DNA of 64,000 bases from Bispira polyomma. Taxonomy: Eukaryota. The notes below the pieces were generated by a model. That model was not told where the DNA came from. It did not search any database and worked only from the letters and a program-made list of their open reading frames with translations. The stretch covers positions 24,614,001 to 24,678,000 of the forward strand of contig OZ287759.1 in assembly GCA_965649765.1 (NCBI GenBank). The letters are read 5' to 3'. Shown one piece after another: positions 1 through 13,727 of the stretch; the first letter of the stretch is position 1; the number at the start of each line of letters is the position of its first letter. The translations under genes were made by a program, and so were the position numbers.

Positions 1-474
1 AACCTACATGGCTGTTTTGATATGGTACAGATCGGACGAATTTGTAAACAATGTCAAGATAAAGTCATGACTATTACTGTAATTTGCAAATTCTTTAAAT
101 TGGTGTTTTGTCTGCACAAAGCCATTTTAAGTAACTTAATGCTACAGCTTAACAAATAACCTTGACAATAAATAATAATGTAATAATATGAGGACAAGTA
201 ACATCAAGCTATTTATACACATCCAATGATTCAATAGAACTCACTTCAATTATCTGTGTGTCAGTCCTTGTGGATAGGGAGGGGGTCATTACCTCAAGAG
301 GGAGTACTTAGTCTTTCAGTGACATAGAACATTCTCAAGGGAGCATCTCTTCAACTCACATCTGTCTGGATTCAATGTCCAACACATTTGTTTTACCACT
401 AAATGATTTTTTCTTGATGCAACAGCTTACAGATGTGTCATTCATGTGTAGAGTAAGATGTTTTATGTACTAAA

Positions 475-700
475 TTGTGGAATGATCTGCCCCATGATAT
501 TTGCACTGCCTCCTCACTCACCTGCTTTGGAAAGAAGCTCAAAACCTACCGATTTATTAATGCTTTTATACCTTAGCCTCATACCTATTTCTGGTGTCTC
601 TACGATCATGGCCTCTGCACATCCAATGGCAATATGAAAAAATGAAAATGATTTTTCTGTCTGATCCCCTTTAGAATCCGCTAGTATGGAGATAAATGTT
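475..700 (+). mobile_element. L2/CR1 LINE 3' fragment
   Basis: Reads LWNDLPHDICTASSLTCFGKKLKTY, the same C-terminal motif as the 1737-2795 ORF. The same insertion is present at the orthologous site of copy 3 (16955-17390). Confidence 0.75.
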
Positions 701-1747
701 AGATTACATTAGATTTGACTAAATTCGATAACATTCGATATCATGAAGCTAACTGAATGTTAACCTTATTGAAATGACTTGGAATATAGCAAGAATAATT
801 TGAAATGAATATTTAAAAAATGATTTGTCTCAGGAGTATAATTTGTGCTATTTTTTGAATGTTTAAAATAAAAAAAAATATTTACAGATGTCTGTAACTA
901 CTGCAACGTTTTCATTTTAACATATAGCTATTATAGTTTGGTGAACTATTCTCTTATTGTAGGACCTCAAAGTTAAGTTTTGAGATGTTGTTGGCAAAAG
1001 AAAGCTGATAGAGATAATTCCACACATAAGATACTAAAAGTTGATCGTCACTCTGTTGTATATGAGCCTATATGTTCAGCATTTGTGTACATAGTTTTCT
1101 TATTTTTTTATCTGTTTTGTAAAACTTGTAGTGATACCTATAAATGTATGTAAAGTGCCAATTTGTGCTGGGCAGAACTTTTGGTGAATAGTGTATTTTA
1201 TCATTTTATGTAAAAAGCTAAACTTGGCAGAATGGAATAACCTTTGTTGTATAGTGTGGTTTTCCACACACTTACACACAGTTCAATATTATCATATGGG
1301 TCTAATGTCTTTAAACTTTTAAAGGGTGTGAAGGATTATTTGATTTGGGTTTGAAGCCATTCTGTATTTGGGGTCACACAATCAAGTCAACATGTGTGTT
1401 GAAGAAAATTGAAGTTTGTGACATATTGTTTTGTACACTGTATGAGTGGAATTAGAGAATAGCTGATTGCTGTACAGTGTATGGATTACACTTGATGAAT
1501 CGTGAACATTAATTATTTTTGGAACAGTGTTGTACTTGACCATATTGAATTTATTTAATTCAAGTTGATGGTGTTTATTTATTGTATTTGTTTATAGGAT
1601 TGTTATTGGTTGTTATTTTCATAAATAAATTAGTTAACTCATATGTTGGTTCCCTGCATTAATACCTGAGGCTCGAATACAACTCACTCTAATATACTAA
1701 GACAAAAAGACTGATTTCCTGCTGTTAAAGTTTAAAATGAGTTTCAC

Positions 1748-2938
1748 TTGGTTTGGTATAAATGGCAGTGTCCTTAACTGGATCAGATCCTACCTTACTC
1801 TTAGGGCACAAAGAATTAAACTAGATGATCACCTATCATCTTCCATAAAGCTACCATATGGAGTACCCCAGGGATCCGTCCTTGGCCCTCTACTTTTCAC
1901 CCTTTATACACATCCTCTCAGCACTGTCATCAATAAACACAATATAAAACACCACATGTATACAGACGACACTCAAGTCTATTTCTCCCTCAATCCACAA
2001 AACACAAATACTAACATAGAACTACTTGCAGACTGTCTGTCGGATGTCCAGGCGTGGATGAACTACTACAAACTAAAGCTTAACCCTGACAAAACAGAAT
2101 TCATCCTCATAGGAAACAAGAAAAACAGTGAACTCCTAAAATCTTTGTTTTCCATCTCCCTGTCGGGAAAAGACATACTACCTTCCGAAAATGCTAAAAA
2201 CCTAGGTGTCACTTTTGATTCAGCTTTTTCGTTCGATACTCACATTGCCAACATCTGTCGCTCCTGCTATTACCACATATGTGACATCAAAAGAATCAAA
2301 AACCACTTGTCCATGGACACAGCAATAACTGTGGCAAATGCCCTTGTGAGTAGCCGCCTTGACTACTGCAATTCTCTCTTGTACGGAGCAAACAAGTCAA
2401 ACATTAAAAAGCTCCAGTCCGTCCAAAACTACCTATGTAGGGTTATTTTTTGCCTGGGTTGTCGCACAGACGTCACTCTTTACCTCAAAAAATTACACTG
2501 GTTGCCTATTAAATCTCGAATTTTGTTTAAGATTCACGTTACCACTTTTAAGGCTGTAGTCACCCAACAGCCACCCTACCTTGCCTCCCTTCTTTCCTTC
2601 AGTAACCACAAGAGAGGCAACAGATTCTCTGTCACTTCGGTCAGAACAATCAGAAAGGCGGGTTTCAGAGCGTTCTCCACTGCAGCTCCACGGTTATGGA
2701 ACAGTCTCCCAGTTTACCTCAGATCAGTTGACACACTTATTGGTTTTAGGAAAAAGCTTAAAACCTATCTTTTTAATCTTGCCTACCCACCTTAGCTTTC
2801 CTCGTGCACGCTCCCACTTCCTTCCTTACGACTTTGCAATTTCCATGGACTTAATGATTGGACTAATGATTCTGCTGTTGCGCTTTAGAAGATGCCTAGC
2901 ATCAATAAAGCGCGTTAAAAATCTATAATAATAATAAT
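1748..2938 (+). mobile_element. 5'-truncated L2/CR1-clade LINE (RT C-terminal half, 3' UTR, (TAA)n tail)
   Basis: ORF 1737-2795 contains GVPQGSVLGPLLF, YTDD (YADD variant), KLKLNPDKTE, SRLDYCNSLL, LHWLPI and ends YLFNLAYPP*. The tail is taataataataata. Receptor-unit sequence resumes on both sides. Confidence 0.93.
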
Positions 2939-3647
2939 ACCTTGATCAAAACTCAAGCGTTGTGAAATATTTTTGAACATCACTAAGATCTCTAATTTTT
3001 AGTGTAACATGTGACTTGTTTTTATCCTAGTTCAACTTTGCACGCATTTGTCAACAAACAAGCGGGGTCTTTATTTCTCTCCACAAGGCACAGAGTATTG
3101 AGGGAGGGGAATTGCTCTTGTGATGTGCTAAGTAGGCCCAACGGGCGTAGTGAGTTCAGTGCAGACCTTAAACTCTTCTTTTAAAACCATTCTGGTTCTG
3201 TGACCTTTTCGTTTATTGGCTGGCAGTTGGCCTTGATTCTATAGCAATTCCCACCAAGAGCCATAGAACCTCACTTTAAATTAAGAAATCGAAAGGGCAG
3301 AACGCCATTTTATAAAATTTTAGATTTTCTTCATTTTATTTTTATATTTTATTTTACTCTATTATTTTACATTTGTGTGTGTTTTTTATAATAACCGAGT
3401 CTTCATATATGTTGTAGTCATGGAATGTGTGCTGTCTGGATTAGAAAACTGAACTGCTGGCACCTGACTGGAGTGTTTTGTCAAGCTATCTTTGACATAT
3501 GCAAATTTGCTCTTTTCTCGGGCTATGGTTGAGGGCTGTCATTAATTCTTTTTGAAATTTACTAGATTTATTTGCTACAAAAATTCACAACCTCAACCTC
3601 GGTAATCCGCATATACCAAAGATTCTTGTCATTCTATTTTACAGAAA

Positions 3648-4607
3648 ATGGCACCTCGGGCCACATATGATTGTAGGGCTTGTAAAACAACTCATAGAAA
3701 GCCAATTAATGACAATTGTCCATTTGTTAATGACTCTGGGACTAATGAAGAAAGTGACACTTCTAGTATGTCGATTAATCTGCGCATATTGGAAGAGCTA
3801 AAGGGTTTAAGTGGACGAATGTCGTCCATTGAGAAACGTGTGGAGCAGACAGAGAACAGTCAAATTGCTAAAAGTGTTGCGGCTAACGCTGCTTCAACGG
3901 CTCCTGGAACCCTTCCTGTAACTATGGCCACAGGAACATACAGTCAACTGTTTCTGCTGAAGTTCCCGCGGCGACGTCTGAGCTGGGATAAATGAAAAAG
4001 GTAATTTTAAGTCGCAAAGAGGCGGCACTGAGACCGTTTGGGTAAAACACCAGGTTGCCTGGCCTCAGAACCATATTCTAGGGGGTACTACAAAAACTCG
4101 TACCACGTATGATAGCCTCTCTATGGCCCAATGGGTTCTGTTCTATAGTTAGAGATGAAAGCAATGTCGAATTAAAAAACGCTGTGTTAGAGTATGCCCA
4201 AGACCTCATGGAAGACTGTAACGACTTTTCTTGGACAGGGCTAAAGCTAGTCACGCAGTATTGTTATGTCGTATGGAGGAAGGAAAAGTTTCCTGGGATG
4301 AGACAAGTAAAATTGACAGAATTAGGAGGGCTCATGCTCAGAAAGTAGTTAACAATGGTCATTCCACATTTCCACATTTACAAATTCTGGTAGGGTTCAC
4401 AAGGGAAATGACAAGGGAATCCCTTGTAGGTACTTCCAGAAAGGTTCATGCCCACACAATGTGGACCATGAAACAAAAGGGCAGATGTACTTGCACACGT
4501 GTGCTACTTGCTTAAGTTTTGGTAAATCCTTTCCCCATGCATCAAAAGACTGCAACCGAAATAAGACTAGTAGATTTAGTGACCAAACTGGTTCAAAAAA
4601 CGAGTAA
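3648..4607 (+). pseudogene. gag-like ORF1 of Ngaro A (frameshifted)
   Basis: N-terminal CRACKTTHRKPINDNC, a coiled-coil-like segment, KSQRGG...WPQN, AKASHAVLL and a C-terminal Cys/His finger ending SKNE* at 4607. Confidence 0.8.
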
Positions 4608-4629
4608 GGCACTGCAGTACAGCAGTGCC
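4595..4629 (+). promoter_or_regulatory. Predicted -1 ribosomal frameshift signal
   Basis: A_AAA_AAC (4595-4601), a 6-nt spacer, then GGCACTGC-agtaca-GCAGTGCC (4608-4629). The -1 frame is the pol frame. Confidence 0.8.
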
Positions 4630-7011
4630 CAAAAGTTATACTAACAAAGATGATTGTAATTCTCTTGTACATATCAAACATAGAAATCAGTATTGTAGTA
4701 GTCGTACTGTTTATAATGTGAATATGATTAACCAAAGTGATAACTGGAGGGCTAACTGGGCTCGGTTTGCAAACAAATCCTATGCCCAAGTAGTAAAGCA
4801 AAATAGGGGTACTGAAGGTCAAAAGTATTCTTGTAAAAGTATCACAAAAAATGCCCATCCCTCCAATTGTCGCTCGGGTATCAACAACCAAGTGTTTACA
4901 CATGTTTCTGTAAATAATGTACACAGTTTCAGGAAATCTCATGCAGGCGCGAAAAACAAATGTCACACCCCAAAAAGAGGTGTGAATGTCCAAAACACTT
5001 CTCACTTAAATGTACAGTTTCAAAACAATGGCCAGAGTCGCACCTCTGGTGTGACAACATGCGACAAGGTAATCTCTAGCAAAATGTGTGAAAATGTCCA
5101 AAAAACTTCTCACTCAAATGCACAGTTTAAAAACAATGGCCAGAGTCGCACCTCTGGCATGAAACCATGTGACAAGGTAATCTCTAGAGAAAGGTGTGAA
5201 ACAAAGTGCGAAAATAGATTTGTACCCTTACAACATCTCAATGAAGATAACGGCACCTACTATTCAAATGACAAAATGGTTTCTGATAACAATGTCCCTA
5301 GTAGTCAATGTGAGGACAAGTATGAATTGCAACTCCAAGTGAAAAGAAAACACAGGGAGGTCATTGCTAAAGCAGAAAACAATCCCCTTTTCAAAAAATG
5401 GAACAGCCAAAAAAAAGAAAAATTTGGCTTTATTCCTCTAGGAAACCTTAAAATGCCAAATGAGATTAAAGTCGGTTCACACTTAGGCGATCCCCTTGAA
5501 TTACACAAAGCAGTTAAAAAGCAAAACTGTCCAAACTTTCTGGGCGCCCAGATACCAGTGGAATCGGAACTTCACGTCAACGAATGGGAAAAATTGTTAG
5601 ATAATTACTGGGACAGTCAACTCGTGCACCTCATCAAATTTGGCTTTCCCTTAGATTTTAATAGAGCTTGTCCCCTAGAAAATAAGGGAGCAAACCACAG
5701 CTCTGCTACTATGTTTGAAAACGACGTTAAGACATATCTTAAAGAGGAAAAAGAATTTGGAGCAATTATTGGTCCGTTTAAAGAACCCCCATTATCTGAA
5801 TTGCATATCTCTCCATTCATGACTAGGCTGAAACCAGATGCTAAGCACAGTAGAGTTATAATTGATTTAAGTTGCCCACAAGGGCAAGCAGTCAACTCGA
5901 CTATAAATAGAGATCAGTACTTAGACACTCCTTTTATTCTCACGCTTCCTACAGTAGATGACATTACTCGGAATATTGTTAAACTAGATAAAGGTGCATT
6001 ATTATACAAGTTAAACATTAGTCGTGCTTTTAGGCATGTAAAGATCGACCCAGCCGACTATGACCTACTAGGGCTTCAACTTAAAGAGTACTACATTGAT
6101 ACTTGCCTGTCATTTGGCTATCCCCACGGCAGTGCTATATTTCAAAGACTCAGTGACGGAATTTGTTTTATGATGACGTCACAAGGTTAGGACGTAGTAA
6201 ACTACATAGATGACGTCATAGGTTATGGTCTTCCAAACACAATCGGAGATTCATTTGAAAAATTAAAAGAACTTTTCCAAAAGTTAGGCTTTGCCATCAG
6301 TCAGAAGAAAGTAGTTCCGCCAAGCACTAAGGTAGTCTGTTTAGGGGTTTTAGTCAACACAGAGGACTTTACTGTCTCCATACCGGACAGTAAACTTGCT
6401 GAGATTAAACAAGTTTGTCTCTCATGGACTAAAAAAAAAGCATGCACCAGAAGACAGCTTCAATCGCTACTGGGCTCGCTATTATTTTTCACGAAATGTT
6501 TTCAAATCTTACAAGTTTTAATGGTATGGCCTTCTTTGAACACAAACCAGTCACAGATCAAGTTCACCTAGACGCGTGTCTGCAAGGTCTGGGTGCTTGC
6601 TGCAATAATGAGGTTTATACCAAAGAAATCCCACTTGGCTATAGAAATTATACCACAGTCCATCTTGAAATGATCAATATATTAGTCGCAATCAGAGTTT
6701 GGAATAATAAATGGGCTGGACGCAAATTGCTTATACATTGTGATAATCAAGCGGTAGTATCTATTCTAAATTCAGGCAAGACACAGGATCTTACTCTGGC
6801 AGCAATGACCAGAAATATTTTTATGGAGGCTGCAAAAGCAGACATAGAATTAAGAACGGTACACATCTTAGGCAAAAGAAATGTCACAGCAGACTTACTC
6901 TCTAGGTGGGCTATCACCCCTCATAATAAAGAAAAATTAAAAAGCTTAATGCAAAATCCGACTTGGATACAGGTCAGTGATGACCTTTTAGAAGTAAATT
7001 GGTCAATCTAG
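4601..7011 (+). pseudogene. pol (RT + RNase H) of Ngaro A
   Basis: LIKFGFPLDF, ISPFMTR, RVIIDLS, SRAFRHVKIDP, then NYIDDV after an in-frame TAG at 6188-6190. RNase H motifs DACLQGLG, HLEMINI, CDNQAVV and ADLLSR lie in 6442-7011. Confidence 0.92.
4984..5200 (+). repeat. In-frame 108-bp tandem duplication in the pol N-terminal linker
   Basis: NVQNTSHLNVQFQNNGQSRTSGVTTCDKVIS followed by NVQKTSHSNAQFKNNGQSRTSGMKPCDKVIS. Confidence 0.9.
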
Positions 7012-7033
7012 TTTTTTAAAAAAAAATTTTCAG

Positions 7034-8024
7034 GCTCTCCAACCTGGGTGTCAAAGCTTGCAGAAAGAGCAGCCAATAGAGCATATCAGGCATTTCGTCC
7101 TTCTACACATAAAGCTTACACAGCCATGTTTAGAGTATTCTTAGCCTACTGCTGCTTTGCTAATATCTCAGTCTATAACATCACACCCCCGTCACTCCTT
7201 GCCTTCTTAGAAGTGCTAGTAGTAAACAATACTTCACACAGTTCAATAGCAAACTACCTCGCTGCCATTAAGGCCACCATGTCATTGTATGGGCTCAAAA
7301 TTACAGCCTTTGCAGACCAGAGGATAAAATATTTTCAAAAAGCCCTGGTCCTACACAAGCCATTTAAAGCCAAAATAAATGGCATTATTGATGTTAACCA
7401 ATTGCAAAACATAGCTCTAATCTGCGACTCCATGTATATGGGTCAAATTTATAAAGCAGCTTATCTGCTTGCCTTTTTCTCTTTCCTTAGAATTTCGAAC
7501 TTAGTGCCACATTCACAATCTACTTACTCACCACTGCACCAGTTAGCCAGGGCTGACGTTATTTTCGCCCCTCCAGGCGCCAACATAATTATAAAATGGA
7601 CAAAACTTTACAAGCTAGAAACGCAATAAAAGTCATCGAAATTCCCATATTGCAAAACAAAATTATTTGCCCGGTAACAGCTCTAAAAAACTTGCTGGCT
7701 ATTACTCCTGGCCATAACAATACCCCATTGTTCCAAATTAAAAGTGATACTCAATGGATCACCCTTACTGACACCAAATTACGCAGAAATCTTAAGGACA
7801 TCTTGAACAGACTAAATAAATCACAAGCTAACATCACTTTCCATACGTTTAGGCGTTCTGGGGCGACAATGGCCTTTAAGGGCAATGTGCCCCTCCAAGA
7901 CATTCAAAGCCAGGGCATCTGGTCCTCCGAGTGTGTCTGGAGATATATCACTCAGGACCATGCGGCCTCTGATCAGGTAGCCCTGGCCCTTCAATCCCTA
8001 CTCAACCCTAGTCCTACTTTTTAG
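7034..8024 (+). pseudogene. Tyrosine recombinase of Ngaro A (one frameshift near 7600-7630)
   Basis: Catalytic motifs FLRISNL, CPV, HTFRRSGAT, GIWSS and VWRY. Confidence 0.92.
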
Positions 8025-11000
8025 TTGGGCCTTGGTGGTTATTGTCTTTTTATATATCATTTATATGCTATAATTTTTAAACTTTATTATATACTTAAGG
8101 CCACCTTATAGGCAAAACATCTGGTAACCTTAACTAGATAGATGTAAGGCTAAGGCCAGCAGAAATTGTGTAACTTGTTAAGTTTACCTTAAATTTTGGT
8201 AAACTTAAACTTAAACTTTAAATTACGTTAACCTTAAACTCTTAATCAAAAAATTATTTTAATGTGGCCTCAATTATTTTCAAAAATAAATTTTAACCAA
8301 TTGTAAATGAATGTGTAGTAATAGATTAAATATATATATCCCAACTGCTAGTCTTTCTTACAAGGTCAACTTTCAAAACTCAAGGTCAGGGCACTGAAGA
8401 AACTTTGCCTCTCGTGATGTTTGATGACAGAAGAAAAAAACTCTTTTTATTTTCCCACTCTTTATTTAATGAAAGACAAATGGTAACAAAAATTTAAAAT
8501 GGAAATATAAACTAAATATTCAGGTGGTTTACTACTAATTTAGTAGTAATTGTATGGTAAATCACACACATTGGGACTAGGGGATGATCTGACACACCCT
8601 TTATTATCAGCTGGGGTGGAGTGCTGTCCACTCCATTGAGAATATTGTCCCAACCTGATTATTACACAATAAAAACAAATTATCCTGGTCTCTACATTTC
8701 TTACCCTGCTCTTAATGTACACTGCCATCCAAGAAGTACTGATCTCTATAAAAGTAAAATAATGTAAACACTAATGTACAATACCAGGCTTATGACAATG
8801 CTAGAGAGCAGAATAATATCAATGTCCCAAACTCAACCTTTGTTACCTGAACGTCTATTATCCAATTGTTAGATTTTATGGACATATTTCCACTCTCCAA
8901 AGTTTATTTTTTTATAGTGTGTTGTACAGAAATACACTTTTTCTGGTAAACTTATTACATTTTACTCTCTAAGCATATTTAGATAATAAGATTCCATTCT
9001 AGGCTTAAATAATATCCCATGATTGGAAGTTTAAACATTTTTATTATAGAGGCAATCTTTTCTAAGATTGTATCAATTTATTTGAGATCTTAGCCCCTTT
9101 CTAGTTCTAGTCACCCAGACAAATGATGGCTTCCTTATCTAGTGAACGGAATTGCCAGTGAGGTAAAGCTATTGAAATTAATGAGGTTGAAGTAGTTTAC
9201 CCACTCTATGTCATCTTGCATGTTTAACCTTAATTATATGCACTGTAATAATGTCCATGGCTACTAATTAATCATAAATTTTGAAACAATAAACATATAT
9301 TTGTTTGTATTTCTGTGAAATAAAAAATACAAATTAGAAAACAAGCTTAAAATGACTGCTGTAAACAAGAACAGTCCATCAAAGTAAAAACAGTAAGATT
9401 AAAATGTGACACCAGTCTAGTGAAAATTACTCCAAACAAGAATAGTTTTAAATGAGATTAAGGTTGCTACAACATCTGCTGTTCTTGTGTTTTATTATAT
9501 TGTCTCTGTGTAGTGTTTGGTGTCAGAATGGGCTGCCTTATGGCCTGTGACATAATCCAGAGGCTACACTTGTATTAGTGTAGGACTAATGAATTGACAA
9601 CCTCTGGTGTGGCTTGAGATTATGATATGGTGTTATTATTACAGCTTGTTAGACTTCATATTACACATATTTATAATCACTTGTTTAATCCCAGACTCTA
9701 GATCATATATATACTGGCATGTGTTTGGGGTGTGTTCTAATATATTTTTTAGTTTAAATATTGTTTATTTGCAGAAATGTGAGTCTGTGTTACAGTGCAG
9801 AATATGAAAGGCTATATAATGTCAACAAAACTCACTGTAGTACAAATGTCTTTTTTTTTATCATATTTCACTAGATACTCCATCTCTACTTTTCTTGAGA
9901 TGATAACATGATGCTTTTGCAAAGTAGTTTATGATTGTAGATTAAATTTCAGAGTTGTGATTTAGTTAAAGTCAATCAGTGTCAAAGAAGTTTTACTAGT
10001 AAGTGGGACCAATAAATACATTTGGATGCTAGTTAGAGTCTTATATTACTGCTGTAATAACAAGACTGTTATATATCAGAAATAATTATGTTGAAATATA
10101 AACGACGGCTAGTTAAACTGACAATACGTTGAAATATGTATGGTGGCTAGTCAAACTGACAATATGTCATTTATTGAGGCAAACATACATTAAAGTAATG
10201 TGGAACTTCTTTCCGCAAATCATACTTCTTGAAACAAGCATTTGTGGAATTTCCAAAATTATAAGTAACTTGAGCTATATGTGAGTTTGAGTTTGAGTTT
10301 TAGGTTTAAACTAACTAAAACAAACTTCCGAAGTAGTAGAATACCTCAGAAAGCTTAGAGTTTTATATAGACCCAATTTTTCTTACTTAATATCTCAGTA
10401 TCGATTCCAGGCCTCTTCCTTAGTGCAACATCCCTGACAATAAGGCTTTCAGTCGTAATACTAATACATTGCTAATTGGAGAACACATATTCCTATGAAA
10501 CAGAATTGGCTGTCATCTTGCCCAACAATGTTGTCCCCCAATGATTCTTATAGTGTGACCGAAAAAATTGATCAGGGCACCTTCTGATCACCTAATCTGA
10601 TTTCCAACCACGAATAAGACCAGGGTACCTTCTAATCATCAGACCAACTATCTAGGTAGAAGTTGAAGCAGAAATCTTCTAATTACTGGACTAACTTTCT
10701 AGAGAGTAGACCCCAGGAGATCCGACAGCACTACACTAAAACTCTAATGGTGTTTCAAATATTATTAGAGAAAAACAAACCAAAAATATTTGAATCTAAA
10801 ACAGTCAAAACTATCTTATTATTTATAATTATTCAATCCAATATTTTGTATATTAACCTCATGATTCATATTTATTTATAATTACTTTTTCTTTTAGTAT
10901 AGATATTTCTATTGTCATTTATACATAACTTAAACTCAGGTCCTACTGGATTCACATTAGGATATGTATGTCATGCATGGCGCTGTGAGAAATGTGTAAC

Positions 11001-11574
11001 ATAACAGGTTTGTTTAAGTTAAAAAACACACACACACAAATATAATGTAGAATGTAGCATGGTTCAATGTATAGTTGCATGACCTTTGCGAGAGATGGCG
11101 TAGTCTAACATAATGATACATAAATGCTTGTGAATGTAATACGCAAAGGAACCATGCTACATCGTATGCGTGTCAAAATTTTGAACAGTTCAAAAATTAA
11201 AATTTTGTGTGCACATCTTCCATGCCAGGTTATGTACATCCACGATCAACATTTTAAAGGACACAAAACTAATGCAAATTCCATGCAAACTTAACTTTTA
11301 CACGAGATCTAGCGTGTCCCACTTTTTCTTAATATCAACTGCCATGATTTATAATAGCAGGTGAAAACTGTTATTTATCATGTTGACAGTAACATCCGAC
11401 TTTTTAATTTCACAGACTAGAAAACATTGACAATATGACATAGTATCTCCAGTCAAGTGAAGAGACGTCAGACATATTTCAAAATTTGCAAACAAAAACT
11501 ACATAATAATTGACAATTCATGCATGATGGTTAATTACACCATGTTGTTCCATCAATTTCAGGTTGTTATTGCT

Positions 11575-12080
11575 ATTATGCATTGATATACATTGATATA
11601 CATTGATATACACTTTATTGATGCTAGACATCTTCTAAAGAGCAACCGCAGAATGAGGGATCTAATCGTGTAGGCCATAGACATAGCAATGTCATAAGGA
11701 AAGATGTGGGTTACACAGGAGGGATTTAAGGTTTTAAGCTTTTTTCTAAGTGTATCCGATGATCTGAGGTCGACTGGGAGACTGTTGCATAGCAAGGGAA
11801 CTGCATTGGAGAAACCTCTGGATTCCGTCTTTCTAGTGGGTCTAACAGAAGAAACAGATTCTATTGCCGCTCTTTAGGTTTCTGAAAGAAAGAAGGAAAG
11901 TGAGGTAGGAGAGCTGTTGAGCGACTACAGCTTGAATGTGGTAATGTGAATGTTCAAAAAAATTCTATAGTGAATGGGAAGCCATTGTAGTTTTTTCAGG
12001 TATAGAGTGTAGTCATTGTGAACGCCTAGATGAAAAATTACCCTGCATAGGTAGTTTTGAATGGACTAAAGCTTTTTAAT
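11575..12080 (-). mobile_element. L2/CR1 LINE 3' fragment
   Basis: Reverse-complement homolog of about 2400-2935. Confidence 0.88.
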
Positions 12081-13631
12081 TTCTTACCACAAACTTTAAA
12101 CTAAAGTACCAAAAATTGTATGATAAATAAAACATTATTGGAGCTCACACATTAGGTAAACTTACAAAACATATACATGAAACACCATATTTGCTTTCAG
12201 ATAGAAATTGTTCTATCATCCACAAGTTCATCTTCATATCTTTAAATACTTGTGACAAGGTTTTCTTCAAAGAACAATACAAACGGTTACAGACAAGTCA
12301 ACATCTGATGTGTCAAATTTCCACATTATATATCAGTTTACAAATTATAATGGTATTGCTAACAGCCCATCAACATCCCGACTGTCCTTGTACTGGACAT
12401 TGTTACATGTACTCAAGATAGATCTTATTTGACATTAATTAATGTGTATGGACATCAGAAGGATTTCCAGGGTGTGTTATATTCTGCAATAGCAAAAAGA
12501 CAATATTGCTTTACGTGAATAAGTTAAATAGGGATTGACGAAAAGAAAAACAGATCTAAGACTATATAATTATTTTTAGGAGACATTACCATCTGACTAA
12601 CCTGTGAGCAGTAATGAGATAAAGTCATGACCATTTCAGAAATGTTTAAGCTCTTTAAACTATAGATTTGTTCACATCAATATTTTTTTATAAACCCAAT
12701 GCTAAAGATTAAGATTAACAAATTACATGATAAAACATTATAAGGTAAATATGTAAATGCAATACATTTATACACTGGCAGTGATTTAATAGAATCCACT
12801 TCAATTATCTGTGAGTCAGTTCCAGTGGACAGGCAGGGGGTCATTATCTGAAGAGTGGCGTTGAGCATTCTCAAGGGATCATTCTTTAACTCTCATCTGT
12901 CTGGATACAATGTCCAACACATTTGTTCTTGCCACTAGATGTTTTTTTTTCTTGGGAAGACAGAAAAGTGTTACAGATGTGTCCTTGTTTAGAGACCAAT
13001 ATGTTTTATATACTGGATCAGTATCTCTCAGATTTGATTACGTGAAACTTACTGAAGGTTGATATACATGTAAATACTTGCAATATGGTAAGACTAATTT
13101 GACTTTTTAGGAGTATAAGTCATGCAAAATAAGATGTGTTCGATAAGAAAAAAACTACAAAGGTCTCATATAAACGTATATTAGCTCATACAGTTTCTTC
13201 AACTGTATTCTGTTGTTGTGGGACCTCAAAAGTTGTTTACTGTTGTTATCATTCAAACAAACTACCTAAAGTACAGTATAGAGATGAATATACACACAAT
13301 ATGCCAACAGGTGATCAGCAGATTCTAATAGTCTACAAGCAAAGTATGATAAAATGCTAAATATTTCATGTTAAGGTTTAGCATAAGTTTAACTTTATTA
13401 GAACCATGTGGAATATTCATGGGCATCACTAACCTCTTCCTTTTTGGCGTGACTTCTTTTCTTCCTAGTATTACTTTCCTCCATTTATCAACCAACCAAC
13501 AGGGTCTTAATTTCACTCCAAAAGGGAGTTAGTGTTCTAAAGAACCTACATTGCTCTTTACGTTATCATTGTTCAAGTATTTGTAGCATCTAGTCAGAGA
13601 ATTAAATATATATATATATATAGATATATAT

Positions 13632-13727
13632 ATATTATTATTATTTATTATTATTATTATGATTTTTAATGCGCTTTATTGATGCTAGGCATCTTCTAAA
13701 GCGCAACAGCAGAATCATTAGTCCAAT
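13632..13727 (-). mobile_element. L2 3' UTR/tail fragment next to a (TA)n tract
   Basis: Near-identical reverse complement of 2857-2938. Confidence 0.88.

Larger units (their letters stand above)
3125..8345 (+). mobile_element. Ngaro/DIRS-type tyrosine-recombinase retrotransposon, copy A (defective)
   Basis: Order is gag-like, RT/RNase H, YR, with no methyltransferase ORF seen. Termini are approximate and split direct repeats could not be identified. Confidence 0.9.
1..9790 (-). pseudogene. Decayed cytokine-receptor-like (FN3/WSxWS) gene, copy 1; interrupted by an L2 LINE and a Ngaro element; continues beyond the left edge
   Basis: Blocks at ~1-1060, 2940-3120, 8400-9210 and 9470-9790 recur in the other copies. 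After an acceptor (ttttatag|AG near 8745) the minus strand reads ...NVETRIICFYCVIIRLGQYSQWSGQHSTP (WSxWS-like motif at 8630-8650). Many stops and frameshifts. Confidence 0.7.

Noticed and set aside
240-400. Plus-strand reading ...GHYLKREYLVFQWHR resembling a tyrosinase/hemocyanin CuA site
   Set aside because: It needs stop repair and the spacing is wrong. Splice sites and motifs in the rest of the unit indicate minus-strand coding.
1737-1748. ATG start giving a complete 352-aa gene
   Set aside because: The ATG and first codons come from flanking receptor-unit DNA fused to a 5'-truncated LINE.
4397-5895. Antisense ORFs within Ngaro elements (also 22052-22327, 22683-22931, 59517-59789)
   Set aside because: Shadow frames of pol/gag, not conserved between the elements.
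7034-8024. Phage integrase or horizontal transfer from bacteria
   Set aside because: The YR sits in standard gag-RT/RNase H-YR retrotransposon context.
8575-8670. Repeated ATGATCTGA...CTGA block resembling a C/D snoRNA or miRNA cluster (also 26185, 28920, 33600)
   Set aside because: Homology extends over kilobases, and the opposite strand reads as a spliced exon with the WSxWS-like motif. No terminal stem or conserved guide was seen.
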